From positions 75,683 to 139,682 of the IMG/VR virus record IMGVR_UViG_2700989044_000001: a DNA stretch of 64,000 nucleotides; one strand, given 5' to 3'. This DNA comes from a virus (Duplodnaviria > Heunggongvirae > Uroviricota > Caudoviricetes). The position numbers and the translations under genes are program-made. Every line of letters begins with the position of its first letter. Within the stretch, counting starts at the first letter, position 1. Below the pieces are notes generated by a model. The model was not told the origin of the DNA. It saw only the letters and a list, made by a program, of their open reading frames with translations, and searched no databases. This document shows, piece by piece, positions 39,301-49,277 of this stretch.

Positions 39301-42300
39301 ACTCAAATGAGTGATAAAGATTTAAAAGATGCTCCACCGGAAGTTAAGAATGTTTATAACGCTGTACAAGAAATGCTTGATTCTACAAAGACTTCAAATG
39401 TAGAAATGATGCAATTGAACGAATTATTAGGCTTAGATGAGTTAAATGAAGATTTAATTAAAACAAACCAAGAATTAGATAAAGTAAGAAATAGCAATTG
39501 GGATAAATTTAAAAGTGGAATTAAAGATGTAGGGGATACTATTAAGAATAGTATAATTAGTCCTTTACAATCTGTTGGTGGTACTGCTTCTAATTTAGCT
39601 AAATCTGGTCTTGGCGCAATGGGATTAGGTTCGCTAAGTTCTTTAGCTGTCAATCCATTTAGTTTAAGTAGTATAATGGGTGGAGTATTCTCACTAGCTG
39701 GAGATATGTTCCAATCTGATATCGCGCAAGGTCAAGCGAAAAACACTTTAAGATCTTCTGAAATGATGGTTTATGGTGCTAATTCCGGTTCCAATGTAAA
39801 TGATATGATGTCTAGAGGTTTACAATACCAAGATGATAGTTATGGTCTTATTAACTATTCAGACTTAACTAGAACATATTCAGGCTTAGCTAGTAACGTA
39901 GTAGGTCAATACGGTCAAGCGAGCTCGTTAGCTCAAAAAGATATGAATGATTTCGCAGACACGAGTTTGGCTTTACAAAAAGGTTATGGTATTGGTGAAG
40001 GCACTGTTAATGACGCTATTAATACATTTTATAAAGAATTAAGAATGAATGTTAACGAAACTGAATACGAATTAGCAAAAATTGGACAAACAGCTCAATC
40101 ATTAAATGTACCATTTGGTAAACATTTAGAAAATGTAACTAGTATGGCAAAGCAGTATAAATCTATGGGGTTTGAAGCTGAATATGCAAGTGAAGTTGTT
40201 GGTAACTTAATGTTCCAACATGGCATGACTTATGACGACGCCTCTAGTATTGCTATGAAATCCGCTAATGCAGTAACTGGAATGAGCGATGGATGGACTG
40301 CGTTTACAGGAATGATGAACGGATATTCAGGTAATCCATTAGAAGCTGTAGTTGGTCTTCAATATGGTTATAATCAAGATGGCACTATTAAAGACGGTGT
40401 TATAGATCAACGAATTGAAAATCTTCAAACTAAATACAATATGATGAGTATGCTAGGTGGTTCTGCTGGTGATTACGCTGTAGCTAAAACTTTAAGTAAT
40501 GATGGTTTTAGTAATAGGGAAGCCGGTATGATTTTAGATGCTATGAAAAATGGCGATACTGATTTCATGAGAGACATGTTTACTAAAAACATGGAAGGAA
40601 CGCTAGAAGATGGAGAAAAATTAGATCCTAATAATCCAGATGAATATTTCAAACAAGTATTTGATAAGATTAATCAATCTGCTGAAGAGCAATTATCAGT
40701 AACAGAGAAAATACTTGCAACATATAGACAAGGAATAGATGAAATTGTCTTTGCAAACCAAGATTTATTTGATTCATTAACTCCTTTAATTGGTGTAGTT
40801 GATGATTTAATGAGTAAACTTGGAGATTTCGTTGGTGGTTTAGATGACTTTATTTCTTCTATGAAAGATATGTATCAAAATAGTTTCTTATCCGACTGGG
40901 GTATGAGTGACTTCTTAACTGCTGGATTAGTTGGTGGTGGTCTTTATGGCGCTGCTAAGGTTGGTTCTAAAGCATTAGCAAGAAGAGCATTTTCTGGTGG
41001 AGGAAGTAGAGGCGGAAATTCTAGAAATCGTGGTGGAGATGACGATGATAGCGATAGAAGACGCGGTACAGGTTCCGGTTCTAGAAGTATTGATGTAGAT
41101 ACAGATACTCATGGTAGTTCCAAATGGTCTAAGTTTAAGAAAGCTGGTAAAGCTGGTGGTAAAGCCGGCTTATTACTTGGTGGTGGAGCTCTTTTAGCCG
41201 AAATGCTATTGGGTGGTGGTGAAGAAGCTTCAGCTGCCGAAAACGATTGGGGTGCTATGCTAGGTGGTAGTGGTTATAACCCTGGTGGAGATTCTGTTGA
41301 AACGCCTGAAAGCGTATCAGTATTAAAAGATATTTACAACTTATTAGCTGGAAATGGAGTTTCTTTAAATCTTAGCGGTGCAACTGGTTCAAGTTCTTCC
41401 ACAGCTGCAGAAGAAGCCGCAGCTATCGCTACTGCAACTAGTGGTGGAGCTGGAATGCTGCAAAATGCTCTTTTAATTGGTGGAGCTGGAGTAGTTGGCG
41501 GAGGAGCTATGTCTCTGTATAGAGATAGGAACAGTAAAGGTGGAACAACTACATTCTTAAATAATTCTCAATCTGCTAGACAAGCTGCTATTGATGCAGA
41601 AGATGAAGCGAGAAGAGCGAGAGTTCAACAATCTTATGAGATGAATAGAGCATCTGGCCAGACCGCTTCTGAAGCTAAATTAAATGCAGATAGGGAAGAA
41701 TCGCTAAGAAGTAGAAGTGCGTTTAATAGAATGAGCCAAGCTGACTATGAAGATTTATTTAAAACTAGCAATACTAAGGGAATAAAGGGAGCGTTAAAAG
41801 GATTAAAAGGTGTTAAAGCAGCTCCTGTTATTGGTAGTGCATTAAGTCTTGGTTTAAGTGCATGGCAAGTTAATGATGAGTTTAATGATATTAATGCGTT
41901 GGCTCACATGACTGGTGCAAAAACCGGAACAGCAAAAGCTGGTTCAGTAGGAGATGCTAGTTTATCAGCTACTTTAATGGGACTTGGTGCCGTTGGCGGT
42001 TCATTCATCCCTGGGCTTGGGAATATAGCTGGAGCGATTGTCGGTGGTGGACTTGGTCTTGGTTTAGACTGGCTAGGAGATAAAACTGGCGCTAAAGATT
42101 GGGTATTAGACAAATTAGGTATGGGTAGTGAAGATGTAAAAGATTCGCTAGCTACATCTGGTCAGCAAGCGGCTGCTAAGAGTTATCAGAAGAGAATGGG
42201 ACAATACGGTTATGGTTCTATTAATGATGATTTTGCTTTAATAGCTTCAAGTTCTCAGCAAAAACATGGAAAATATTTATCTGGTCTATCTCAAGAAGAA

Positions 42301-45075
42301 AAAGATGCTTGGTCATCTAAGTTCACAGAAGAATATTTATCTAAAATAGCTGATGGAGTCGATCCTTCTAAGGCTGAAGCATTAGCGAAAGATCAAGCAG
42401 ATAAACTTGTTGAAATTCAGTTAGGCACAGAGGACGTAAAAGAGTTAAACAAAGAGCAACTTGGTCAAATGCTTGAATTATACTCTTTAACTGGAGAGAA
42501 TAAAGAAGCTTTATTAGAATATAGTGACACATATTTTAAACGCGAAGAAGATTCAAGAAAAGTATTGGACGCAACCTCTGAAGCTACAGGGTTATCTTTA
42601 GAGCAATTAATTCAAATAGGCGAAAGTATGAACCTACTTCCTTCTGAGTTAGCGGCTTTAATAGCGATAAATTCTGGTGGTAGCGATAATGTTAAATCAG
42701 CATTTACAAGTAATGCAAAAATTGAAGACATGAGAAAAGATTTAGAAAAGAACAAAGGTTTATCTAAAGGCACTATTGAAGATACAATTGCTCATATGGT
42801 TAGTTCAGCTGGTGACTTAACAGCCAAAGGGGTAAGCCAAAAAGAAATGTCTAGATATGCTACTTATTATGCTGGAAGTTATCAATCTGGTAAATCAGAA
42901 GAAGAAGCAGCAGCTATGGCTGAAAAGCAATTGTATGCAGATAGACAAGCAGATGAAGTTCTTAATGGTAAAGGTCTAATGTCTAAAGTTTCAAAATATG
43001 CTAAAGACCTAGGGTTTACTGGAGCTAGAGCGGTTGGTTCAAGTATAACAAACGCTCAAGTAAAAGACGCTATTTCAACTACTGCAGCAGCTTCTGGTAT
43101 GACTGAATGGCAAATAAAACAATCACTACAAAGACAAGGTATTAACGAAAAAATGTTTACTAGTTATCTTTTACAAAATGCGGATAGAGATGACGCTGGT
43201 ATTAAAGGTAAATTAGGTAAATCAGAGGTAAGTAAATTCTTAGGTAACAAATCAAACGCTGACGCGATAGGAAGTACGATGGCTAAATCATTAGGTTATA
43301 GTGAACAACAATTGGCTAAAATGGAAAAGTCTTACCAACAAGCAGATGTTCATAAAGAAGAAAATCAAAAGTTCTTAAATGAGAAAATACTTTATACAGA
43401 AGAATATCAAGGTAGTAATCACAATGACGCTAAAACACAAAGAAAAGATTTGCAAGATTTAAACCAAAAATTTGAAACCACTTTACAAAAATCAGATCAA
43501 GAATTTAGAGATAAATTACAGGATGCTAAGAAGAAAGCAGACTCTGAAAACACGACATCCGTTGTTGATGCAATTGGTTCATTAGGTACTTTATTAGGAA
43601 CAAGATTATCAGAACTAGGCACTGCGTTATCTTCTATGAGTGGCATGGGTGGAAGTGGTGGAATCTATAGTGGCGGTGGCGGAGATCCTACAGCGCTAAA
43701 GAAAGCTGACATTAAAAGTAAATCTTCATTATCTGCTAAAGAACTTGATGCATGGATAGCGTCTAAAGCTCCAAAGAATTCATTGATGTTAGGCATGGGT
43801 AAAGCGTTTAAAGAAGCAGAAGAGAAATCTGGGTTAAACGCTGAATATTTAATTGCTCACGCTGCGCATGAAACTGGATGGGGAACTAGTAGAATAGCAA
43901 GAGATAAAGGAAACTTCTTTGGAATTGGCGCTTTTGATGCAACTCCTTACACTAGTGCATATGGTATGGGCGGTACAGGTAGCAATAAGTACTATGGTGG
44001 TATAGTAGAAGGCGCTATGTGGATAGCTGAGAACTATGCAAATAAAGGTCAAAACACTTTAGATTCTATGCGTAACAATGGTGGTAAACACGAGTATGCT
44101 ACTGATCCATTATGGGATGAGAAAATTGCTGGTATTTGGGCAGGTGCTCCATCTGCCCCAGGAGGTAGTGGTAGTTATAGCGGAAACGTTGCATCATACT
44201 ATTTAGGCAATCAATTTACTAAAACTTCTGGTTATAAAGAAGCAGGCCGAAAAGATCATATAGGATTAGACTTAGCTGCTCCAGCGGGTACTGATATTTA
44301 TGCTTTAGCAGCAGGTACAGTTAAATCTACTGGTAGTCATAGTTCTGCGGGCAACTATGTTACAATTGAACACGACGATGGCTCGTTAACAAAATATTAT
44401 CATATGTTAACAAAAGCGTTAGTTAAAGAAGGGGAAAAAGTAGCAGCTGGACAACACATAGGTGATGTGGGTAGTACTGGTAAAAGTACAGGTAATCACC
44501 TGCACTTAGAATATTGGAAAAATGGACAGCATTATAATCCAAACGATATATTGAAAAAAGTAGCTGGTATAGGCGGATTTAGTGGAGACCCTAATGAAAC
44601 AGGTGGTACTGGAGCATTGCAGAAAGCAATAACTGCTAATACCGAAGCTGTTGGTAAAACAACAGATGCTTTAAAATCAAACACTCAAGCTATCTCAAGA
44701 CCAATATTAACTAATGCTTCAGCATATGATCCGTTTTCTGGAATACATCCAACTAACTCTTTAGATTATAATAGATATACTTTTGATTTGTATAAGAAAG
44801 TTGGAATGGACAATATTTCTGAGAATGAATCTGGTGTTAATTATCAAGAGTTATCTAAGAAAGCTAGAAACGCATTTGATATTAACGTTAAAACTGCTAT
44901 TGATCCATCATCACACCCTAATTTTACTCAATTACTTGATAAACATTTAAAGGTTGCAGTTAAAGCTGCTGTTTCTGAAGCAACTGAAAGTTTAGATAGT
45001 AACTATGCTTCTCAGTTTAGTGAAATTTGGAATACGGTAAGTTCAACAATTGACAATAGTAAAACTATAAAATAG
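36394..45075 (+). CDS. Tape measure protein with C-terminal glucosaminidase (GH73-like) and M23 peptidase domains
   Basis: 2893 aa helical A/S/G-rich; AHETGWG..NFFGIGAFD..YATDP.W; HIGLDLAA, YYHML, HLHLE. Confidence 0.9.
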   Translation: MSENKVIKAIMGQINDSFEKVENYKINGNADGAIQELDKLMDKLGDVEQQFKTAGGDAFTKNIQESFANAKAQVQDYMNFLNSSKDQLEFGEISRNAAQNFDNLKNKFNELNQSLNGIVSNPALDDFTKKLESIKDVNLDISEKVRQFDSQLGEMGKSVEKLKQNIESQLQLIDFGSIGGNEALSSFDKVLSSILERVNATKDQVNSEVSKMLSPEHISSDGATEKINSFVNDVKRMGEEIIQTSNEIKASFGSLFSNLSNDVDDNTISMLERLSDVIGSLKDNNIEIKNPLSDLITSLKSINEKDIDMVANLSNALNDMLNMKFDQGNNTVFGIMELNNGLNSMKSTIEDAANVFKSLFDVVNNDNSFNNFANQMKDMQAKMNEMNSAMNEISSSSMATINSLQTQTSHLFNPRYSEPLSGAYGDNNINPRNPRPDQFYGSAGSMGQDFYQDRSYQNMMNQMHSTQNNLGRMLWNNYDEERYGHGGDAPWITRSGNRTKEALIENNEISALINLLSSDKGLKRSIRDLPNNVNAYGSGGADDQFATIEKRVEKYVQNIEQLLSKFSNMKNIDADGSFDDILLEMINNGKNFVNKFDDVLSELPSEMRRKLKGNSTIDEYRKMADQYNAEALDRTVNSDLRGKYASENAYTGDGTDFFLQMLSGSKMKGGAASLSSAMQGLSSNYDYDPSLRSKMLSASSYNDNMLSRHDKLLSSLDGGDHNLIMKNATEFMESGKLSLGQNTGIMSSLAASLSTSGGKDSEKTLSFLKDMDSQARETGSAIKDIMENLIQMMELKAVTLEGDERSKFEEQLDKIKEKLKGVNEEMARSSEIRTDAFVSAASSFGEDDYDRADDESISYLSKRHSQGYSRIQRNTSNLRSHAYAAKMANMSGNPLRGYRRGDLSNNRLDNISDISRDLEARMYKINGLRSEFDEAAADPTRKDEARDKLYQLNDNQSQMNNLAKQLAKQTQMSDKDLKDAPPEVKNVYNAVQEMLDSTKTSNVEMMQLNELLGLDELNEDLIKTNQELDKVRNSNWDKFKSGIKDVGDTIKNSIISPLQSVGGTASNLAKSGLGAMGLGSLSSLAVNPFSLSSIMGGVFSLAGDMFQSDIAQGQAKNTLRSSEMMVYGANSGSNVNDMMSRGLQYQDDSYGLINYSDLTRTYSGLASNVVGQYGQASSLAQKDMNDFADTSLALQKGYGIGEGTVNDAINTFYKELRMNVNETEYELAKIGQTAQSLNVPFGKHLENVTSMAKQYKSMGFEAEYASEVVGNLMFQHGMTYDDASSIAMKSANAVTGMSDGWTAFTGMMNGYSGNPLEAVVGLQYGYNQDGTIKDGVIDQRIENLQTKYNMMSMLGGSAGDYAVAKTLSNDGFSNREAGMILDAMKNGDTDFMRDMFTKNMEGTLEDGEKLDPNNPDEYFKQVFDKINQSAEEQLSVTEKILATYRQGIDEIVFANQDLFDSLTPLIGVVDDLMSKLGDFVGGLDDFISSMKDMYQNSFLSDWGMSDFLTAGLVGGGLYGAAKVGSKALARRAFSGGGSRGGNSRNRGGDDDDSDRRRGTGSGSRSIDVDTDTHGSSKWSKFKKAGKAGGKAGLLLGGGALLAEMLLGGGEEASAAENDWGAMLGGSGYNPGGDSVETPESVSVLKDIYNLLAGNGVSLNLSGATGSSSSTAAEEAAAIATATSGGAGMLQNALLIGGAGVVGGGAMSLYRDRNSKGGTTTFLNNSQSARQAAIDAEDEARRARVQQSYEMNRASGQTASEAKLNADREESLRSRSAFNRMSQADYEDLFKTSNTKGIKGALKGLKGVKAAPVIGSALSLGLSAWQVNDEFNDINALAHMTGAKTGTAKAGSVGDASLSATLMGLGAVGGSFIPGLGNIAGAIVGGGLGLGLDWLGDKTGAKDWVLDKLGMGSEDVKDSLATSGQQAAAKSYQKRMGQYGYGSINDDFALIASSSQQKHGKYLSGLSQEEKDAWSSKFTEEYLSKIADGVDPSKAEALAKDQADKLVEIQLGTEDVKELNKEQLGQMLELYSLTGENKEALLEYSDTYFKREEDSRKVLDATSEATGLSLEQLIQIGESMNLLPSELAALIAINSGGSDNVKSAFTSNAKIEDMRKDLEKNKGLSKGTIEDTIAHMVSSAGDLTAKGVSQKEMSRYATYYAGSYQSGKSEEEAAAMAEKQLYADRQADEVLNGKGLMSKVSKYAKDLGFTGARAVGSSITNAQVKDAISTTAAASGMTEWQIKQSLQRQGINEKMFTSYLLQNADRDDAGIKGKLGKSEVSKFLGNKSNADAIGSTMAKSLGYSEQQLAKMEKSYQQADVHKEENQKFLNEKILYTEEYQGSNHNDAKTQRKDLQDLNQKFETTLQKSDQEFRDKLQDAKKKADSENTTSVVDAIGSLGTLLGTRLSELGTALSSMSGMGGSGGIYSGGGGDPTALKKADIKSKSSLSAKELDAWIASKAPKNSLMLGMGKAFKEAEEKSGLNAEYLIAHAAHETGWGTSRIARDKGNFFGIGAFDATPYTSAYGMGGTGSNKYYGGIVEGAMWIAENYANKGQNTLDSMRNNGGKHEYATDPLWDEKIAGIWAGAPSAPGGSGSYSGNVASYYLGNQFTKTSGYKEAGRKDHIGLDLAAPAGTDIYALAAGTVKSTGSHSSAGNYVTIEHDDGSLTKYYHMLTKALVKEGEKVAAGQHIGDVGSTGKSTGNHLHLEYWKNGQHYNPNDILKKVAGIGGFSGDPNETGGTGALQKAITANTEAVGKTTDALKSNTQAISRPILTNASAYDPFSGIHPTNSLDYNRYTFDLYKKVGMDNISENESGVNYQELSKKARNAFDINVKTAIDPSSHPNFTQLLDKHLKVAVKAAVSEATESLDSNYASQFSEIWNTVSSTIDNSKTIK

Positions 45076-45135
45076 ACTAAAAAGGGGAGAATTATTTTCT
45101 CCCTTTCTTAGTATTAATATTATGAGGTGATAAAA

Positions 45136-46590
45136 ATGACTACAGGGCCATTTGCAAATTCTTATGAACCAACTGTTATTCATACTATTAATAGCACTAC
45201 TATTGGTAGAAAACCAGTAGATGACATGTGGCAAAATAATGGTGAATCTAATAAGTATTACGAGGCTCAAAAAAGAGCTGATATGTATGCGAAATTAAAG
45301 GAAAGAACTCCAATGGTTATTGAATATAAACAAACTCCAGATGAGTGGAAATCATTTACAATGTATATTAATCCTGATAGATTATCAATAACTAATCAAA
45401 AAGTAAAAGGTAAAGCTTATACACGCGGTGGTATATTTTACCATCACTGGGGAGATGATAACCCGATATTAACATTGTCTGGTACTACTGGTTTTTCTGG
45501 TATGAAAGGAATTCAGACATTGGAACAGATTTACCATGCTTCTGGTACTTTATTAAAATATCAAAAATTTGGACCTGAAAAATATGCGCAAAGAACAAAT
45601 TTCCAACCACCTGATGTAAATTTAAATTCTCCAGTTTCTGTTGTTGAAGCCGCTATGAATAAAACAACAACGAGTTTGGTTGAAGCATTAAAAGGTTTTG
45701 TTGAAAAAGATTCAGCAAAAAAAGAAAAATGGGAAGAATATAAAAATTTACAAAAACAACTTGAAGAAGCACAAAAAAATAGCACTAATAGTGTTACTGA
45801 CAAACTTCATATTGCATCTATAAACTTAAAGCAAAGAAGGCTAAGAGAAACTTACGGTTTCCCAGAAGGAAGTTATTATAACTTATCTAAGACAACTCTA
45901 CCTAATAATGAAAAAGAAACAAACAATCAAAAAGCGTTGAGTTTGGTTGCTATCAATAATTATATGGCTTTAAATAAAGTGGGAGATATACTTTCTAAAG
46001 TTAGAAAAGCAGAAGAAGAGGTAGATAAGACAGTGGCGAATAATAAAACTATAACTTCTGCTAATAATTATAAAAAAATAGCTTCAACTGTATTTAAAAA
46101 TAAACTCCCAGGTATTGATAATGAATTAATATCACAATTAGCAAGTCAAAAAGCATCTTACTATAAAGCTGGGACAGAAGATATTCGTATTTTAAACGGT
46201 GATTCAAGTCCTTACTCAAATTTACAAGATAGTCCAATACCATATAGAGAAGATTTAACTGGGCAAATGGTTCAAATATCGCAAGACAGAACTGCAGCTT
46301 TAGAGTCTTTTATGCAAGATATGGCTAAATTGGAAGAAACTGAAAAAAAATACTATGAAGAATTAAGAGATAATGCTTTTGATGATGTTATGGATGATGT
46401 AAACGACGAATGGAAACCAAGGGTAATATTTATTTACTTTGATAATAAAGCTTATATGGGACATTTTGATGCATTTTCTTATTCGCAAGAAGCAGCTAAT
46501 CCGTACTATATAAGATATGAAATGAGAATAACAATCACTAAAGAGATATTAAGTACAAAGAAAGAGAATAAGATTAAAAAGTTAACATAA
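45136..46590 (+). CDS. Tail tube initiator/baseplate hub-associated protein with large insertion
   Basis: FTMYINPDRLSI...HWGDD..ILTLSGTTG; C-terminal YMGHFDAFSYSQEA.NP..I.YE. Confidence 0.6.
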   Translation: MTTGPFANSYEPTVIHTINSTTIGRKPVDDMWQNNGESNKYYEAQKRADMYAKLKERTPMVIEYKQTPDEWKSFTMYINPDRLSITNQKVKGKAYTRGGIFYHHWGDDNPILTLSGTTGFSGMKGIQTLEQIYHASGTLLKYQKFGPEKYAQRTNFQPPDVNLNSPVSVVEAAMNKTTTSLVEALKGFVEKDSAKKEKWEEYKNLQKQLEEAQKNSTNSVTDKLHIASINLKQRRLRETYGFPEGSYYNLSKTTLPNNEKETNNQKALSLVAINNYMALNKVGDILSKVRKAEEEVDKTVANNKTITSANNYKKIASTVFKNKLPGIDNELISQLASQKASYYKAGTEDIRILNGDSSPYSNLQDSPIPYREDLTGQMVQISQDRTAALESFMQDMAKLEETEKKYYEELRDNAFDDVMDDVNDEWKPRVIFIYFDNKAYMGHFDAFSYSQEAANPYYIRYEMRITITKEILSTKKENKIKKLT

Positions 46591-46614
46591 TAAAGGCTTA
46601 AAAGAGGTGACATT

Positions 46615-49137
46615 ATGGCAAATACGGAAATAAAACATACCGTAAAAAAGGGTGATACCCTTTGGGATATAGCTAAGAAATATCTAGGTGATGGTACAAA
46701 ATGGAAAGAAATTTACAATTTAAATAAGAGTCAAATTAAAGATCCTCATTGGATATACCCTGGTCAAGTATTTATCATTAAAAAAGGTGAAACCGTTGTA
46801 CCTGTCGCTAAGCCTCCAGCACCTAAACCAGAGCCAGCTCCTGTGCAGTCTTCAAAAGTTGATCCATTAAAGTTATCTTATGAAAATAGATATAGTAGAA
46901 CAAAAGAACTAGATAGTACACAACATGATCCAAGTCAAATGAAAATTGTAGACTTCAAACAAGATTATACTGTTGTTGTACGTAAAAAATTATATTACGC
47001 TATAAATCAAGATGATAACGAAAAATATATAAAGATGTTTCAACTTAATAATTTTATGCAAATTAGAACATCAAACTCTGTTTACGGTAAAGGTTCAGCT
47101 AGTATAACAATAAAAGGCGGAGAGAGAGTTGTAGTAGCTGATAAAGATGTTATTAAAGAAAAAACTGGTGGATGGAAATTTGAAACATTTTTAGCAAGTT
47201 GGAATAGTATTATGCACGAAACATCTGGTAAGGAAGAAAATGGAATAGAATATAATAACACAATGAAAGTTAGAGAACATAAATATGGATGGGCTTATGC
47301 TGAAAAATGTGATATTGAACCTATGGATGAAGTTTACATTTTTTCTAAAAGTAGAAAGCTAAAAAATAAAGATGGTTCTTATCCTTTTAAACAAATATTC
47401 TTTGGCTACATTACAGCAGTAACAAAATCTTATACTGCTGGACAAACTGGTCCAATGATAAGTATACAAGTTGATGATCACTTAAAACTTTTAGATATAT
47501 CTAGGGTTGCTAATAGACCTGCGCTAGATATGACGACTGTTGTCCCAGGGTCTAGACTTGATGGTCATGGTTTCTGGGTATTAGAAGATGATTATAGATA
47601 CAATGGTATTAATCCTGATACTTTAGAACCATTAAGTTCGGGTGCAAGTTTCGTGTTAACGAATTCATTTGCTGGTCTAGAGGCACATAAGATAATTAAA
47701 CGTTTATGCATCGAGGCTGGAATACCTCTTAACAAATTAACTCAAAGAATAGAACAAACTGAACGAGTACCGTTTGCTGTTCAGATAAGGGAAAATTTTG
47801 GCGACATATTTAGTGGAGACTTTGAAAAACGATTAACCTATTGCGAAAAAGCAGCTAATGTCTTAAATTTTGAATTTTTTGCTGATGAAGAAGGCAACAT
47901 AGTATTTAAAATACCAACATGGAATATAGGCGTAAATAGAAAACCGCTAAACAATTGCGGTCAAGATGTTACTTATTTATATGATGTAGGAGGAGCTCTA
48001 CATAGAGAACCTCAAAAGAAAGAATATGAAACAAAAGAAGTAACTAAAACTAAAACTGTGCAGAAAACAACAAAACAAGCGATAACACATACTGTGAAAA
48101 AAGGAGATACTCTTTGGGATATAGCCGCTAAATACTTAGGTAAACCAACTCTTTGGCCTCAAATTTACAATTTAAATAAGAGTCAAATTAAAGATCCTCA
48201 TTGGATATATCCAGGGCAAGTATTTACAATTCAAAAAGAAGTAACTCAATCTGTACAAGAACAATATGTTGAAAAAATTAAAGTTGAAAAAAAATCTGAA
48301 CCAGTCGATAATTCTAATAATCCTTCTGTTTCTAAGATGACTGATAAGCTGATACCAGTAGCGTACCCATGGGAGATTATTTCTTTCACTTTTACCGATA
48401 CAGATAAAGAAGTGTATACTGCTGCAACTGTAACGGCAGATACTCCACTTATTAGTTTAGCAAACGAAGGTGTAGTAATGGCGGTTACTAGAGCAGTTCA
48501 AGATCCTGGCTTAATTGCAAAATTCGGCGTTAGAGTAGCTCCACCCGTAACGACTCCATTAGTGGGAGGATATAAGGGCGCAGAAATATATGCTAATATG
48601 CAAATTATAAGGTCATTAGCTAATAGATATACTGGAACTCTACAGATGGTAGAAGAATCTTCAATAAGGGTGGGAGATCCAATAAGATTCCATATTTATG
48701 ATGAAATACCATTTGCAGAACAAATGGCTAGAGATAAGAAAAATGCTAATAGTGAAAAAAATGCGCAAGCTGTATTTTATGTTGATCAAATTGATAGATC
48801 AATTTCAATTAATGGTGTATCAACAATGTCATTATCGTTAAAAGCGGGAAGAATGATGGGTATGCCATCTATATATGATAAATGTACAGAACTTTATAGA
48901 CCATTCTTTGAAAAGAGTGCAGATTTACCGCAAACGCCTGAAGATCCAAAAGTTTCTCAAGCTGGTGGAACTTATAAAGTTAAAAAAGGAGATTCTTTAT
49001 GGAAGATAGCTGTAACTGTTTATGGAAATGGCGCTAAATGGAATGTAATTTATGAAGCGAACAGGAAAGATATGAAACGAGGTCCTTTAACTCAACCCGA
49101 TAGGGTTTATGAAGGTCAAGTCTTAAAAATACCGTAA
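46615..49137 (+). CDS. Baseplate hub protein with three LysM domains
   Basis: HTVKKGDTLWDIA x2, YKVKKGDSLWKIA; FEFFADEEGNIVFKIP, IRVGDPI. Confidence 0.8.
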   Translation: MANTEIKHTVKKGDTLWDIAKKYLGDGTKWKEIYNLNKSQIKDPHWIYPGQVFIIKKGETVVPVAKPPAPKPEPAPVQSSKVDPLKLSYENRYSRTKELDSTQHDPSQMKIVDFKQDYTVVVRKKLYYAINQDDNEKYIKMFQLNNFMQIRTSNSVYGKGSASITIKGGERVVVADKDVIKEKTGGWKFETFLASWNSIMHETSGKEENGIEYNNTMKVREHKYGWAYAEKCDIEPMDEVYIFSKSRKLKNKDGSYPFKQIFFGYITAVTKSYTAGQTGPMISIQVDDHLKLLDISRVANRPALDMTTVVPGSRLDGHGFWVLEDDYRYNGINPDTLEPLSSGASFVLTNSFAGLEAHKIIKRLCIEAGIPLNKLTQRIEQTERVPFAVQIRENFGDIFSGDFEKRLTYCEKAANVLNFEFFADEEGNIVFKIPTWNIGVNRKPLNNCGQDVTYLYDVGGALHREPQKKEYETKEVTKTKTVQKTTKQAITHTVKKGDTLWDIAAKYLGKPTLWPQIYNLNKSQIKDPHWIYPGQVFTIQKEVTQSVQEQYVEKIKVEKKSEPVDNSNNPSVSKMTDKLIPVAYPWEIISFTFTDTDKEVYTAATVTADTPLISLANEGVVMAVTRAVQDPGLIAKFGVRVAPPVTTPLVGGYKGAEIYANMQIIRSLANRYTGTLQMVEESSIRVGDPIRFHIYDEIPFAEQMARDKKNANSEKNAQAVFYVDQIDRSISINGVSTMSLSLKAGRMMGMPSIYDKCTELYRPFFEKSADLPQTPEDPKVSQAGGTYKVKKGDSLWKIAVTVYGNGAKWNVIYEANRKDMKRGPLTQPDRVYEGQVLKIP
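46709..46757 (+). repeat. 49-nt exact direct repeat, copy 1 (LysM1)
   Basis: aaatttacaatttaaataagagtcaaattaaagatcctcattggatata; identical at 48161-48209. Confidence 0.85.
48161..48209 (+). repeat. 49-nt exact direct repeat, copy 2 (LysM2)
   Basis: Identical to 46709-46757. Confidence 0.85.
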
Positions 49138-49277
49138 TTTATCAAACAACTCTTAATTTTAAGGGTTGTTTTTTTATTTTGTAAAATAAAAAGTGATTTA
49201 ATAACTATTTATTTTAGTAGGAGTATGAAAATAGATAATGCAAATGTTTTTCAAATAACAATAAAAGAAAGTTAAAG

